DNA of 64,000 bases from the human T2T-CHM13v2.0 reference genome, Homo sapiens, in NCBI RefSeq assembly GCF_009914755.1, contig NC_060938.1. The stretch is one strand, 5' to 3'. Position numbers and translations under genes: made by a program. The notes under the pieces are model-generated. The model did no database searches and had not been told where the DNA came from. It saw nothing but the letters and a program-made list of their open reading frames with translations. Below are positions 44,515 to 59,126 of this stretch, piece after piece (the first letter of the stretch is position 1; each line of letters starts with the position of its first letter).

Positions 44515-44780
44515 ATATTAATAACAATTATTACAATAGGTAACATTGAGTACTTATCATGTGTTGTGTCCTATACTAAGCATTTTATATGCAGTTGTTC
44601 ACTCTTCATAATAACCCTATGAAATACATTTTATTGTTTTACTTATTAAATGAGTTAAAACACTGAGACATAGTACTTTGTGATTATGTATCACAATCAA
44701 AAGAAGAAAAAATGGAAATTTTAACATAACCAGTTTGTTATTTCAGAACCAGAGCTTATAAGGACTATTAAGTGCTATCC
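44515..44780 (-). mobile_element. MIR SINE
   Basis: taacattgagtacttatcatgtg...ctaagcattttatatg...tcttcataataaccctatga. Confidence 0.7.
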
Positions 44781-44859
44781 TGAAGTACTAAGCATTGCTC
44801 TGTGTGAATGGGGAAGGGTGGGGCAGAGAGAGAAAGAGAAAGAGACAGAGAGAGAGATT

Positions 44860-47400
44860 TGAGATATATCTCACCATAAAATAAACTCTTGCTTTTAGGT
44901 AAATTTATAGCATTGTAAAACTATTACGAAAATCTAACTTTAGAATATTTTCATCACCCTAAAAGAAACCAACATCCATTTGCAGTTCTAGTGGATCCTT
45001 CCCACTTTAACATTAGGTAACCACTCATCTATTTATTTTCTTTTAAATTTGCCAGTTCTACATATTTCATATAAATGGAATTATGCCATGTGATCTTTTA
45101 TGGCTGACTTTACTCATTTGGTATAATATTTTCAAGGTTTGTCTATGTTGTATCACATATCAGCACTTCGTTCCTTTTTATTAACAAATAATATCATGTT
45201 TTATGAAGTACTGTATTTTATTTATTCATTCATCAGTTGATGTCATTCAAATTGTTTTCACTTTTTAACAATTATAAATAAAACTGCTATTAACCTCCAC
45301 ATATAAAATTTTATGCAGACATTTAAAAAAAATTGTCCTGAGTATATACCTAGCAGTGGAATTCCTGGTCATAGGTAACTGCATGTTGCATAATAATAAT
45401 ATGAGGAAGTATGGAACTTTTTCCAAAGAGTTTACGTAATTCTACATTCCCACCAGCAATGTCTGAGGGATATCATTTTTCTAAATCCTTGCCAATGCTT
45501 GTTATTCACTGTCTTATTCATCAAATCCATTTGACTGTGTGAAAGGGTATCTCACTGTGATTTTGATTTGCACTACCATAATGAATAATGATGTTGAGTA
45601 AAGTTTCATGTAGTTATTGGCCATTTGCATATCTTCTTTGGAATTTTTCTATGAAAATCTATTGCCCACTTTGTAATTGGGTTATTTGTGCTTTTATTAT
45701 TAAGTTGTAAATAAAGTTGGAACATATAAAAATATATATGTGTGTGTGTGTATATATATATATATACACACATGTATATATTCTGGACACAAGTCCCTTG
45801 TCAGATAAATTTGCAAATAAATATATATATATATATATTTTATTCTATGAATTTCAATTAACTTTCTGGATGATACCGTTTATAGCACAAAAAGCTATAA
45901 TTTTGATGAAGTCCAACGTATCTTATGTTTCTTTTCTTACTTGTGCTTTTGGTGTCATATCTAAGACACCATTGCCTAGTTCAAACTCATGATGATTTAC
46001 TTGTATGCTTTTTTTCTAAGAGGTATTTTTTTATGTTTAGATTTCATATTGAGGTCTTTGCATCTTTTTTGTTAAATTTTGAATGTAGTATGCAGTAGAG
46101 GTCCAACTTTATCATTTAAAATGTAAATATCCTGTTGTCCCAGAAACATTTGTTAAAAAGACTATTCTTTCCCCATTTAGTTGTGTTAGCACCTTCATGA
46201 GAAGTAAATTGACAATAAATATAAAGGATTGCTGAATCATATGTGAGTTCTATTTTCTTTTTTTTTTTTTTTGAGGAATCTCCATACTGTTCTCCATAGT
46301 GGTTGTACTAATTTACATTCCCACCAAAAGTGTTTAAGGACTCCCCTTTCTCCACATCCTTGCCAGTATTTGTTACTGCCTTTTGGATAAAAGCCATTTT
46401 AACTGGAATGAGATGATAGATCATTGTAGGTTTGCTTTGCATTTTTCTGACGATTAGTGATGAACATTTTTTTCACATATCTGTGAGTCATTTGCATGTC
46501 TTCTTTTGAGAAATGACCGCTCATATGTTTTGCCCATTTTTAAATTGGATTTTGCGTTTTTTTCTTATTGAGTTATTTGAGCTCTTATATTTTCTTCTCA
46601 TTAATCTGTTGTCAGATAGGTAGTTTGCAAATACTTTCTCCCACTTCGTGGATTGTCTCTTTACTTTGTTGACTGCTTCCTTTGCTATGCAAAAGATTTT
46701 TAGTTTGATGATCCCATTTATCCATTTTTGCTTTGGACACCTATGCTTTCAACATCTTATTCAAAATGTCTTTGCCATATATTTCCTGCTAAGGACTGCT
46801 TTGGATGCATTTTGTAAATTTCTCTATTCAGTGTTTTCATTTTTATATATCTCAAAGTATTTTCTACTTTATCTAGTGCTTTTTTTCTTTGGTTCATTGA
46901 CTAAGAATGTGTACTTTGCACATACTTGTGAATTTCACATAATTACTGCTTTTGATTTCTAGTTTAATTGAATTGTGAATGTAAAACATATTTTATATGT
47001 CAATTATTTTTAAATTTTTTACTTGTTTTATGGTCTGGCAAAGTCTATCCCAGAGAATATTCCATATGTGCTTGAGAAAAATGCATACTTTGCTGTTGTT
47101 AGGTGAAATATTACTTAGATGATTCATACTTGGGTTAGTGAGTGTTTCAAATATTTTCTGTCTTGTTGATAATCCGCCTAGTGCTGTAATTCATCAGTGA
47201 AAATGGGATATATAAGCCTCCAACTATTGTTAAATTGTCTACTGCTTCCTTTAAATTATGTTAGATTTTGGTGCATTCAAATTCGGTCCATTCTAATTTG
47301 AATATATGTTTACTCAAGTTATTTTTTCTGATGCATTGACCCCCTTTATCATCATAAAAGGATCTCTCTTGTCTCTAGTAATGTTTACTTCTAGTAAATT
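44860..47400 (-). mobile_element. L1MB-type LINE with a large internal gap
   Basis: L1MB 3' end (tttagaatattttcatcaccctaaaagaaacc, atttcatataaatggaat) followed by antisense ORF2 homology. Confidence 0.8.
46226..46776 (-). mobile_element. Tail-less L1MA-type ORF2 3' fragment inside the L1MB
   Basis: ggattgctgaatcatatg...gaggaatctccatactgttctccatagtggttgtactaatttacattcccacc...tctttgcc repeats a region already present at about 45358-45980. Confidence 0.8.
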
Positions 47401-48923
47401 TAATGGTAGCCTTCATATAGGTCTTACTCATTTCTAACAAGCCTTTCTATTTTTCTTGAGGAATTCTGTTGAGTGCTTTAAATATGTCTGTTGCACTACA
47501 TTCTGGGAGTAGTTATTGCTTAAATGGAGAAGAGAAAATGATTTTAATATTTTTATATCCTATACATTTTGACACTGCATAGTAAGAATAGCTTTTCTCT
47601 TTAGTAACGATAAGAATAACATGAATAGAAACATTTGCACATTTTTGTAAGGAGGTGGTATTTTTTATTTTCAATGTTTTGCATGAATGTTTTTACCAAT
47701 ATTAATGAAAAGACTGGCCTGAATTTTGTATATTATACTGGTCATTGTAAAAAGCAAACACTTAACATTATTGATCAATTCACTTTCATTTGTTTTTCTG
47801 CCTTCTGGTTTCCAAGTGTCAGCTCTTATTTAACTACTAACAATTGAAATATAGGCCTTCTTTTATTAAAATAAAAATAATTTAGGCCTGTGACTTGTTC
47901 TCTGAATATTGCTTTTATTGTTTCTATTAGGTTTTTAAGTGAAACATTTAGAAGGGCTATACACATTACCATTAAAAAACATCCTTTATATTCAGACAGA
48001 ACTAGGTTCAAAACTATGTAAGTTTGGACTCATTATTTACCTTTACTAACTCTAGCTATCTTCTACTCTAAAATGGATATTCCAGTTTCTAACACAGGGT
48101 TGGTTGCGATAACTAATAAATCAATTATATGTGTATATAACACACATACAATAGTGTCTGACTCGTAGTGATAATTACTCAAGCGATAATTGCTAATAGT
48201 TTTGTATGATAAGAAATTTAGGGCTATAATCATTTGTGTATTTAATCTTTCTTTTTCTTTTTTGTTTTGTTTTTGTTCCTTCACCATTTCTAATCCTGCT
48301 GGTACTTAGTAAGCTGTTTCCACCCTATGATTAGAGTATTTTTTGTCCTTTCTACTATGAGGAATTTCATACTCTTAGATTTTTATTCTTGAATTTCTTC
48401 TAGACAGTTTTATGACTTCTACTGAAAATGCAGCTATTAATATACATATTCTGCCTCTTTCCTCCAAGTCTCTTATTTTTTCCTAATAGACTGCTTCATT
48501 ATTTTATTATATGCTTTAAATAGTTTGTAAATTGTTTACACAATTGCTAGTTTACCTTTCAGCTCTGTCTGTTCTAGTATTCATTTCTTTTACTTTCAAC
48601 AACTTTAGTCTATATATATGTGTGTGCATTATATATTATACATGTATAAACTAATGATGTAATTACTTTTATGCATCTTCCATATTCCAAAATTATTCAG
48701 TTGTCAACTGTACAGACATAGCAGCCTGTGTGTACAGTCAGATATTTCTGAAAAAATACAAGCATGTTTGTCGGTGTTTTTTGCTTTTTCCTATATTATT
48801 TGTCTTTATCCATTTGCTTTCATTGCTTGCTTGGTACATCTCTTCTAATAGGCTGATTTTTCCTGTCTGTTTGCTTGTTCCTTGTTTTTCTTAATTACAA
48901 ACTGAAATTTCAAGTAATCAGTT

Positions 48924-49132
48924 TATACACATATATGTATATATATATACACATATAGTTCAAGTAATCTTATTAAACATATATGACTTCTACTGAAGTA
49001 TATATATGTGTGTATATATAAGTATATATGTATATATACACGTATGTATATATACTTATATTTATATATATACACATATATGTATATATACTTATATATA
49101 TGTGTGTATATATACTTATATTTATATATATA
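48924..49132. repeat. (TA)-rich microsatellite/low complexity
   Basis: Seen directly; explains the Y/I/K/H-rich ORF 48923-49159. Confidence 0.9.
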
Positions 49133-51172
49133 AAAGATTACCTCAGAATTGTGTGCCATTTTATTTCATATTTATTTAAATATACAGGAGAGTGAGATAG
49201 GATAGATAAGAATGTAGCAGCAATGGATAGAATGAGAAAGAAGTGTCTTTCTTACATTCTCCTGCTTTTCCAGAGAGAACAATGGTGGTGGAGGCGTGGG
49301 GTGGTTAGATTTATTAGCCTTGTTGACATCCCCTGCTGGGACAGAAATCAGATTATCTTCAAGTTTGATTGCTCTCCTATGCTGAGTCTCTAAAGTCAAC
49401 TATCTCTAAATAGGACCATAACAGATAACTGTGGAGTTAGTTTAGTGGGTTTTTGTTTGTTTTGTTTTGTTTTGTTTTAGCATAGCATGCTCCAAGGCAA
49501 GCTTTTCCTCCAGTTGATGGCTACAGAATATTAAGGACAAGTAGGGACATAACTTGGCATAGAAGCAGGATTTTTCTAGATTTTAACTTCTTCTATAACC
49601 TCTATTGAAGAGCCCATCTCTAGAGATGGAGATTGCACAGTTTCACAAGCAAGGAGTCTCTCTAGATACCAGGGCATGCTTGTGTTCAATACCGGGTGAT
49701 GGTGAACCATGGAGGTGCTTCTCACTTCTTCCTTATTTCTCCTAAAACCACAGAAATGGGTATAGAGTGTGATTTCTAAGAGTTCACAAATTTTTCTTTT
49801 TATATTGATGGATTCATTTAAGCTGGAAGTTGATAGAAGGTGTTATTTTGATTATGTTCCTCAATTAAGATTTATAGTACACCAACCCCTAAAAATGTTT
49901 ATGCAAAATATAACAATAGCATTTTTACCTAATTTATTTTTATATTGATCCTGAGAGTTCAAAAGATTAAAATTTTATATAAACTCGGGAATTTATTTGT
50001 TCTTTTAGAGTTTTTCAAATTTTTCACACATTTCAGTTTGGTAAAGATCAATAGTAATAAGTGTTAAAAAGAGAAAGTATTAATAGCATTTGATATTCTT
50101 TAATACGATGTCACTCCCAACATTTAATCATATCTGACATGGAAAAGAATAATAACAAATATTTGAAGGTAGACAAATGGCAAATTAAACATAAATCTCA
50201 GCAAAAGGATCACACTTTAGAGTTAGTATGGTCAAAAGATGATCTCGCAATTGGAAGAAAATGAGGCAGTTTTCACATTTTCTGACAGAACTTGATTAAT
50301 TCAAGAAACCTTTTCTCTGGTGATTAGCTTCTCTACACTCACACCATCTGCCCGTACTCAGCTTTGGTTTCTATGTCACTTAGGAAGTAATATAAAATGA
50401 GATAATTCATTAAAAATGTTGAGAAACATCGTATGTATAGGCACATAGAAAGCGTTCAATAGCTGCCAATTTTAAATATACTCAGATATAAATGATATGT
50501 ATTGAAAAGTACTTTAAAGTTTGATATTTTAGTCTAGGTCTCTATGATTAATAATGGAACTTACCTTCAGAACATACAGAATGCTCTGAAGTTGATAGAT
50601 ACATTTGAGGAGCACATCCTTGTGAAGCCTGCTTTAATTATTCCAACCAAAACTGATGGTTTTTCACAAAATTTCTAAATTATTTATAGTTTTTAAAATA
50701 CTACAGATTGGCTATCCATTTTGCTTAATTTTTCAAGCAATTAATTGAAGGCAATGATCATGCCTTTCAAGAATATGACAAACATTATAGTGAAGGCTAC
50801 TACTTGTTGATGGCATCTTTATTGCCCATCCATTGCTGCACCTCTAAATGTTACCTTCTCATTTTACCTTTCAATTTCATAGCAAGGTGCAATAGTCATA
50901 AACTCAATGAATTTTTTATCACCTCATTTATGTGAGGCTTTATGAGAAATGTTTTCATCATTTACATTTAATTTAATTCTCAAGGAGACTATGTATAACT
51001 TACAGCATTTCCATTTATCAGAAATTAAGTGAGATTAAATCTTTCCTTCCAGTAATATAGATAGTAAGTAATAGAATTTAGAATTCATTCTCAGCATAGC
51101 ACAGCTGCAGTAGCAGTATTTTAGAATGGAGTAGCATCATATTAGAATGTAGTAAAGTACTAAACAGAAGAG

Positions 51173-51338
51173 ATTTAAAACCATGAGATCTCTTAAGAAC
51201 TCACTTGCTATCATGAGAACAGCATGGTGGAAACTTTCCCCATGATTCAATTATCTTCACCTGGTCCCGTCCTTGACACATGAGCGTTATTTCAATTCAA
51301 GGTGAGATTTCAGTGAGGACACAGAGCCAAACCATATC

Positions 51339-51339
<1 letters not shown>
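51173..51339 (-). mobile_element. THE1 (C/D-like) half LTR
   Basis: aaaaccatgagatctcttaagaactcac...gaggacacagagccaaaccatatca; other half absent. Confidence 0.85.

Positions 51340-51341
<2 letters not shown>

Positions 51342-51371
<30 letters not shown>
51342..51371. repeat. (GT)15 microsatellite
   Basis: Seen directly. Confidence 0.95.
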
Positions 51372-51373
<2 letters not shown>

Positions 51374-51560
51374 TTTTCTATTTAAATATATTTTAATTTG
51401 TATTTTCCTTGGTAGTAATTATTGTGGTCTAAACTTAAATCACTATATGTGCTATTCACATGTGTTATATGTTTATTTTGTGTGTGTCTGGTGGGAGAGT
51501 TTTTTTTTGCATGTTATATTTTCAATTATAATTTAAGAATATGTTTAAATTCATACATGA

Positions 51561-51880
<320 letters not shown>

Positions 51881-54538
51881 ATGTATCAATAATTTCATAG
51901 CAATTTTTGGACATCACTAATCTTTTACCATGATATGTAGAATCATCAAGTTTACATCTCTGTATTTGTTTTTAGCACAAGCAAAATAGTAAAAATAATA
52001 TTTTCTTATTAAGCTTGATGTATGAGTGTGTATTTGCCTTATACATTTATGTTAACGTAACCATACTCATTTCTATCAACATTAAGCAATGCTTCTAGAT
52101 GTTAATAAATATGAACAACTCATTTCAAGACACTGTGCTGTTGGTGTCTGCAGATGTGTGATCTATGCTACTTTTCCTATGGTGGGTTCTTGTCATATTT
52201 GTGAGGTCTTTTCATGATCATAACCTCTCTGACTTGCCTCTACTGTTTTTGGAGATGCACAAGGAAGATCTGTCTAGACACAATTTGCCAATTCTCATGA
52301 TACCGTTGTCCGGGACATCTGTGGGTCTTAAATGGCCTTTAGAAGAAAATGAGACATTTTTTACATTTCACCTGCTTTAGGGCATCGAAGAATGGTGCTT
52401 TCTGTTCTTGCCCATCCCTTGCTTTGAGTTGTCAGAAGGATCGTGGGGCATGGGTGGGATGTGTTCTGTCTTCCAGGCTTTTCCTTGACCAAAGCTTTTG
52501 AAGTAAAATACCCACCCCTTGTCTAAAGCTTTTGGAATAATAAAAACACATAAATCAAAGATTGTTTTAAGTGCTGAGAAAGTGGAAAGTGAGTTCTATC
52601 ACTAGAACTTGAAACATATTAAATTATTTTGTTGATTCTGGATGGCTAATAAGGAGAGCTTTCAATAACTAAGAATAATTTAATAGGTAAATTTTAAAAC
52701 AAAAAAAGTTGAATTCCTTTTCAATTTTTAAGTAGAGTCAGGCTATTTCTCCTCCTTCAAATTTGTAGATAGAATTTTAGATAATGTTCTTATAAATTAA
52801 ATGTATTCTGGTTTCAAAACACATCCAGAGTGTTGTGAAGAAAAACATATGAATTTCTCTGACATTGCAGTGACAAGGCTTTACATTAAATCTTCATTTT
52901 CATCTTTCTTGAACTGAGTGCAGGAATACACAATCCTGAGGGGAATTTCATTTGCATGTTGTTGAACAGCTTGATGTCCTCGACTGGAGCACAGCAAAGT
53001 GCACTACAGGCCACCTGATTTTTTATGGCAGAAACTAAAATGGGAAGTTGAAAAGAATGAAGAATTGTATTCCACTCCAGTTATTTGGTTAAAGTTCACT
53101 TTGAGAAACATGAAATGTCTCATTCAATGTAATGTATGCAAATGGAGCCTATAGAAGATGACAGAAATCAAATGGCTAAGACTTTCCCAGATGTTGCAAA
53201 TGAGAGTGAAGTGGTTCTGTATCAGGTTTGGGGGTAATGCCTCAAAATATTGTTTAAGTGGCTGGAGATTGTATCATATATGTTGGCAGGTGTGGAGGAG
53301 GTTATCATTTTGTGATTAAAATTAAGAGGAAGGAGAATAAGAAAATATTAGAGGACTTTCATTTCTTGCAAATTAATTCTATTTAATTTTTCTTTCAAGT
53401 AGGAAAAGAGTTAATGACTATCTGTATCCTTGATAAATGAGTGGGTTTATATAAACAGATTATCCAAATAATTTAGCCTATAAAAGCCCTCTGACCTGCA
53501 ACATCCGGGTAGTTCAAGTAGAAGAGGAATGCTATCTTTAGTGTTATTTATTTAATTATTGCTATATTATCAGCTCATCTTTCTCTTTACAGATTTTATT
53601 GCATTTAAATAGTAAAATGACAAATCTGGCTATTGTTTTGAAAACTGTAAAATGTATATAATTTTAGTTGCTATTCTTGTTGTTATTCTAACTCTATGTA
53701 AATTCTGTATCTCTAGCGTGTATGTGTTGCATACTCTATTTCAGTCATGAATATCATTGACTATTCAATTTAGTTACTACTTTGTCTTTACTTAGAGTTT
53801 TCCTTTCATATGTTTGTGGGTTTATTAAACTCTCTGAAGGACTTTTAATGATGCAGTTTCGAAAGACCTCACTATTTAATGCAAAGATGTCTATAAATTG
53901 ATTCCCTAAAATTTGGCTTACCTTGATACTCAGGAAGCAATTTGCTTCCTAAATTTTTTTAAAGTGGTTTATATTTTAAATCATTTAAAATAATTTTAAT
54001 TTATTAGAGAAATCTAGCCAAATAATTTGAAGGTTAATTAATTGAAAATGGTTTAACAAAAAGTATGTAAATGCTATATCATAGAATAACACAGCGGTTT
54101 TTTTATTAGAAGTTCAATTATTTTAGCTGCCTCAATTATTTTCCTGTTTCAAAATATGCATATACTGATATACCTCAATTTATTAGTTTTAGGTATTATC
54201 TGGTAACTTTATGTTAGATTAAAAATTTAGCTTTTTTTATTAGTATACCACTTCCTTATTTTTTACTTTCCCATTCTTACAAGCTTGGATTCAATCAATA
54301 GTCAATGTTGAAATTAGTAAGATTTGATAGATATCACTCACTACTTAACCAAATGGCATATACATATATAGATGTATAAAGATGAATATATATATATACA
54401 CATATATTTTCACTGATTCTGTTTTAAAATATTTTATTTTACATAGCATTTTATTTTCTTAGAGTTAATGACTGACCAGTCCTGCATTTGCCTAATTTTT
54501 ATGGACATTCTGCTTTATTCATTCAAATAGTCCAACAT

Positions 54539-54680
54539 GGGGGGAGGGATAGCATTAGGAGATATACCTAATGTAAATGACGAGTTAATGGGTGCAGCAC
54601 ACTAACATGGCACATGTATACATATGTAACAAACCTGCACATTGTGCACATGTACCCTAGAACTTAAAGTATAATAGTAA
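54539..54680 (+). mobile_element. 5'-truncated L1PA (L1PA5-like), about 140 bp
   Basis: ggggggagggatagcattaggagatatacctaatgtaaatgacgag...ccctagaacttaaagtataat; TSD aaatagtccaacat / aaaaagcccaacat. Confidence 0.93.
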
Positions 54681-55311
54681 AAAAAGCCCAACATATTTTT
54701 AAAATATTAGAAGTATAATATTTAAACGCTCCAATGTTCCAAATACTGTATCAGTTCACTTTTTTTCCCCCTGTTAGTATGTCCCATACCCCTTGATTTT
54801 CTTATTCTCCCAAAGAAAATCTCACTCTCTAGGCCAGAACTCTCATCTTGTGTATTCGTTTTGTCCCTCTCCTGTGGTCGAGGTCAAATAAATATCTACT
54901 AAGGACAGGACCAACTTCACGGGCATGCAACTTATGCAAAATCCCATGTATTTTTCCTTTATCAAAAATGACTTCGTTTTGTTAAATCACATTCTCCCAA
55001 TGCTTCCTATTAAATGGCATATGGAAAATTTAAAAATATTGTCTAAAAACATTGTTATTCCATACAGCAGTTTGTTTATAAAATTTAAAGTTGAAAATCT
55101 CTTATTCTCAGAATCGTGAAGGCATTAATGAATGTCTTCCAGTTTTCATTATTGTTATTGCTAAGTGTGGCGTCAATTTCATTCTCAGTCTTAATATTTG
55201 TGAACGTTTTTCTCTCTGAGAGCTTTTGGAATTTTCTCTTTATATTTGATGTTGCACTTTTTTTTTCTATCCTAGGCTCATAAGTCTTTGCATTTTTTTT
55301 TTGATATATTA

Positions 55312-55510
55312 TTTTCTTTTTTTTATTATACTTTAAGTTTTAGGGTACATGTGCACATTGTGCAGGTTAGTTACATATGTATACATGTGCCATGTTGGTG
55401 TGCTGCACCCAGTAACTCGTCATTTAACATTAGGTATATCTCCAAATGCTATCCCTCCCCCCTCCCCCCACCCCACAACAGGCCCCGGTGTGTGATGTCC
55501 CCCTTCCTGT
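55312..55510 (-). mobile_element. 5'-truncated young L1PA (L1PA3/4-like), about 200 bp
   Basis: ttattatactttaagttttagggtacatgtgcacattgtgcaggttag...ccccttcctgt; no clear TSD. Confidence 0.93.
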
Positions 55511-55514
55511 TTCA

Positions 55515-55886
<372 letters not shown>

Positions 55887-56679
55887 CTACTTGTTATCCT
55901 ATGTGTTGGCTGTCAACATTTCTGAATAATTCCCTAATTTGTTCATCTTTCTTCCTATTTTCCATTGTTCTATCAATCTATTTTAACGAACTGATTTTCT
56001 CGAGTTTATTTTCAATGCCTTTCCAGAACTTATAATTTCAGTTATAATACTTTATTTGCAAGAGTTATTTTTATTTGCTGAACATTCGTTTTACAGTGTA
56101 ATGTTTTTGTTTTATTTATGTGACATAATAACCATCAGTCATTACAGTTTCTTAGTATAAATGAGTCTTCCTTTTTTCAGTATTATTTTTACTTTGAGTT
56201 CCCTTTTGTGTTTGACTTTGGTTTTCCCCTTCCTTCCATTTAATAAGCTTTCTCAAATGGCTGCTCATTTTTAGATGTCTATTTATACTTAGAACTAAGG
56301 CATGAAATAGCTGATTAGATACCCAGTCTTCACAGTCAAGCCTGAGAGCCTTTTGACTCCAAGTTGAGAATCTTTTCTTTTTGGCCATTCTTTTCCTCTA
56401 GAAAATAAAATCTGGTCATGGCTACATAATTTGTGAGGTATAATACAATTTGGAAGTACAGGGCTTCTTGTTATAAAAGACATTAAGAATATCAAGATCC
56501 CAACAGCAGAAAAATACACTTACTCGAGTGTGGCCCTTCAAAGCTTGTGGCCCTGTGTGAGACTGCATAAATTGCATGCGTGTGAAGCTGGACTTCCCTC
56601 TAGTAGATACTTGCTTGATTTCCATTGTTCTGGAAACTGCAACCCTCTGTAGTAAAAAGCTCTTGGCTGCTTAGACTTA

Positions 56680-56985
56680 TTGGAGACTATTATTCAAAGT
56701 GAAGTAACTCAGGAATGGAAAACCAAACATCGTATGTTCTCACTGATATGTGGGAGCTAAGTTATGAGGATGCAAAGACAGAAGAATGATACAATAGACT
56801 TTGGGGACTTTGGGGAAAGAATGGGAGAGGGACAAAGGATAAAAGACAACAAATACGGTGCAGTGTATACTGCTTGGGTGATGAGTGCACTAGTGTCTCA
56901 TAAATCACCACTAAATAACTTATTCATGTAACCATATACCACCTGTACCCCAATAACTTGTGGAAAAATAACATTTAAAAATATA
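56680..56985 (+). mobile_element. L1PB1-like 3' end
   Basis: gtgaagtaactcaggaatggaaaaccaaacatcgtatgttctcactgatatgtgggagcta...cacctgtaccccaataac. Confidence 0.88.
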
Positions 56986-58084
56986 TATGTGTACAGTTAC
57001 AATAAAAAATACATTAATTAATTAATTCTCAATGTTTCAGCCCGATGCCTTACTCCTACCCTTTGTTTTGTCTTTTCTTCTCTATTTAAAGCCCTTTTTC
57101 AATTCTTCCTGATAATAAAAACTATGTATCCTGAGGGTAAAGTAATGTGTTTCCTAAGAAAATGGCAAGAGGCTGGCACCATGTGTTCATCCTCTCTGCA
57201 TAAGACTTTTAACGCATCACTGCCATTTCAGCCCTGTACTTTACATCTTCATTCCTGGAAACTTTGAATATTTTGTATGTTTTATTCTCCTTTTATAAGT
57301 CCTCCAGCTAACTAACTTGACCCCCTAATGTTCGTTAGTTACTAAAGGTTTGTCGATGCTGTGGATAATGAGAAAATGAGGTACAACCAAAATTTTAACC
57401 AAATCTAAGCATGAAACAGAATAAGAATCAAGAGAAATGACGTTGTTTAAAATGTATACTACATTTTTTGGGTGTTTTGCTTCCCTAAAGTCTCATTAAT
57501 CTCAACTTTAATTTGTCATTTTACATAGCAGAAATAGCATTATGCCTGATATTTAAAATTATACACTTGTGAAGACACTAAAATTATGCTTTTTAAGTAT
57601 CCATCCTGGAATCTTTATGATGTTCTCATTAGACTGCTGTAATATATTCCAATCATGGAGCTTTTGAATACCGCTGGGGAAATTATCATCAGGAAGTTTT
57701 TCCTTAATATCCAGGAATAAAAGAGGACCTCAAATATATACAATTACACTATCCCATTTGATGGGGATACATGGTAGTGAACATAGATTAGAATGTCATT
57801 TATGTGCCCCTTTTGTCAAAAGTTTCCTTGGCATAACAGAGGCAGGTTACCATGTAATAATGTTAGCTTTAGCTTGTTTTCTACCTCCTTATAGAAACCA
57901 CAAAAATATCTCATCTTTATGCTAAATATTTTCTTTATGTCTAGCATGTCCATCTTTCAATACTATTCCCCCAATATCTATTCTTTTTTTTTTACAAATT
58001 GTCATGAAACTTTAGACCAACAAAAGGCATGTGTTCAATGAACAATCCTCACTGTTCCATTCTTGATGTCTTTTGATGTTAGCA

Positions 58085-58515
58085 TAAGGACATAGCAAGG
58101 GAATTAAGAGTGCCAGCTTTGGTATTGGAAACATTTGGGTCTTGAGTCCAGGCTTAGCATTTACTTGCATAGAAACTTTGAATACATTATAAATTTAGTC
58201 TAAGCCAAATGTTTTCAAAATTGTCTGCATATTAGAATTACCTAAGAGTTTTTAAATATTCAAATATATTTGTTCCAGAAAAAAATAAATCATAACTTCT
58301 TGGCCTGAAGTCCTGGCTTTGTGCAGATCTCTCTGGGTGATACTAACAGGCAGCAAAGGTTGAGAACTACTGCCTATAAGCCTCATTTTTCTAATCTTTA
58401 AAATGGTACCAGCTTTAAATAGCCAGTATTTTACAGTTATTTTAAGAATTAAATGTAGAAAATGCATGTAAAAAACATAGCACGATGCCTGGAACATTAT
58501 AAATAATTCATGTCT
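58085..58515 (+). mobile_element. MIR interrupted by MER5
   Basis: MIR 5' part to about 58205, resuming aagcctcatttttctaatctttaaaatgg after 58372. Confidence 0.65.
58206..58372. mobile_element. MER5A/B hAT-Charlie MITE
   Basis: TIR-like ends caaatgttttcaaa / ttgagaactactg; gcatattagaattacct motif. Confidence 0.75.
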
Positions 58516-58849
58516 CATTCCCTGGCTGAACTATAAATACGATTAAAGGAGAGATTATATCTTTCTTGTTCACTGTTTCCTGTATGACACACAGAAGCTA
58601 CTTAAAAGATATTTGTTGGTTCAGTGAATCACTTGCTCTATCTTTTAGAGGGGGAAACATTCTGCTGTTGACTTTTGTTCAGCCTCAAAGCCCCTTATTA
58701 AAAAAAATAAATAATAATTTGCTGCAGAATCACTTTTTTCCTGATGTACTAGTCCTAGTTATTATTTCTTTAAGGTTGACCCAGTACCCCATCCTAACAT
58801 ATACCTGCATTATCACCCACTGTGCCTACAAAATTTTCTCTTTGATTTC

Positions 58850-58990
58850 TTCTGTCATCTCTTTCATCCCTCCCTCTCTGCATTCTTCCTTCCTTTCATC
58901 TTTCCATCCTTTTTCTCTTTCTCCTTCTGATCCTTTTTAATCTAATTTTCTCTCCCCTTGTCCATCTCTTTTATCTTTCTGTTGCTCTCT
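58850..58990. repeat. CT-rich low-complexity (polypyrimidine) tract
   Basis: Seen directly. Confidence 0.7.
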
Positions 58991-59055
58991 CATCATAGAA
59001 AACCTCTCTTAAAACTTGGTTGCAGGAGAAGTCGCTCTACTCTGAACCTTGCGTG

Positions 59056-59126
59056 GAAGCAATCTGTCTGTTCTGCTCAGTTACCACTTACCACAGGGCA
59101 ATAGTTTTGAATTTGTGTTCTGAGGT
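59056..59126 (+). repeat. 71-bp direct repeat, copy A1
   Basis: gaagcaatctgtctg...ttctgaggt; identical to 59316-59386 except one base (59082 t / 59342 c). Confidence 0.97.

Noticed and set aside
52483-52540. Imperfect 24-bp direct repeat (ccttgaccaaagcttttgaagtaa / ccttgtctaaagcttttggaataa)
   Set aside because: Only two diverged copies; an ordinary old microduplication
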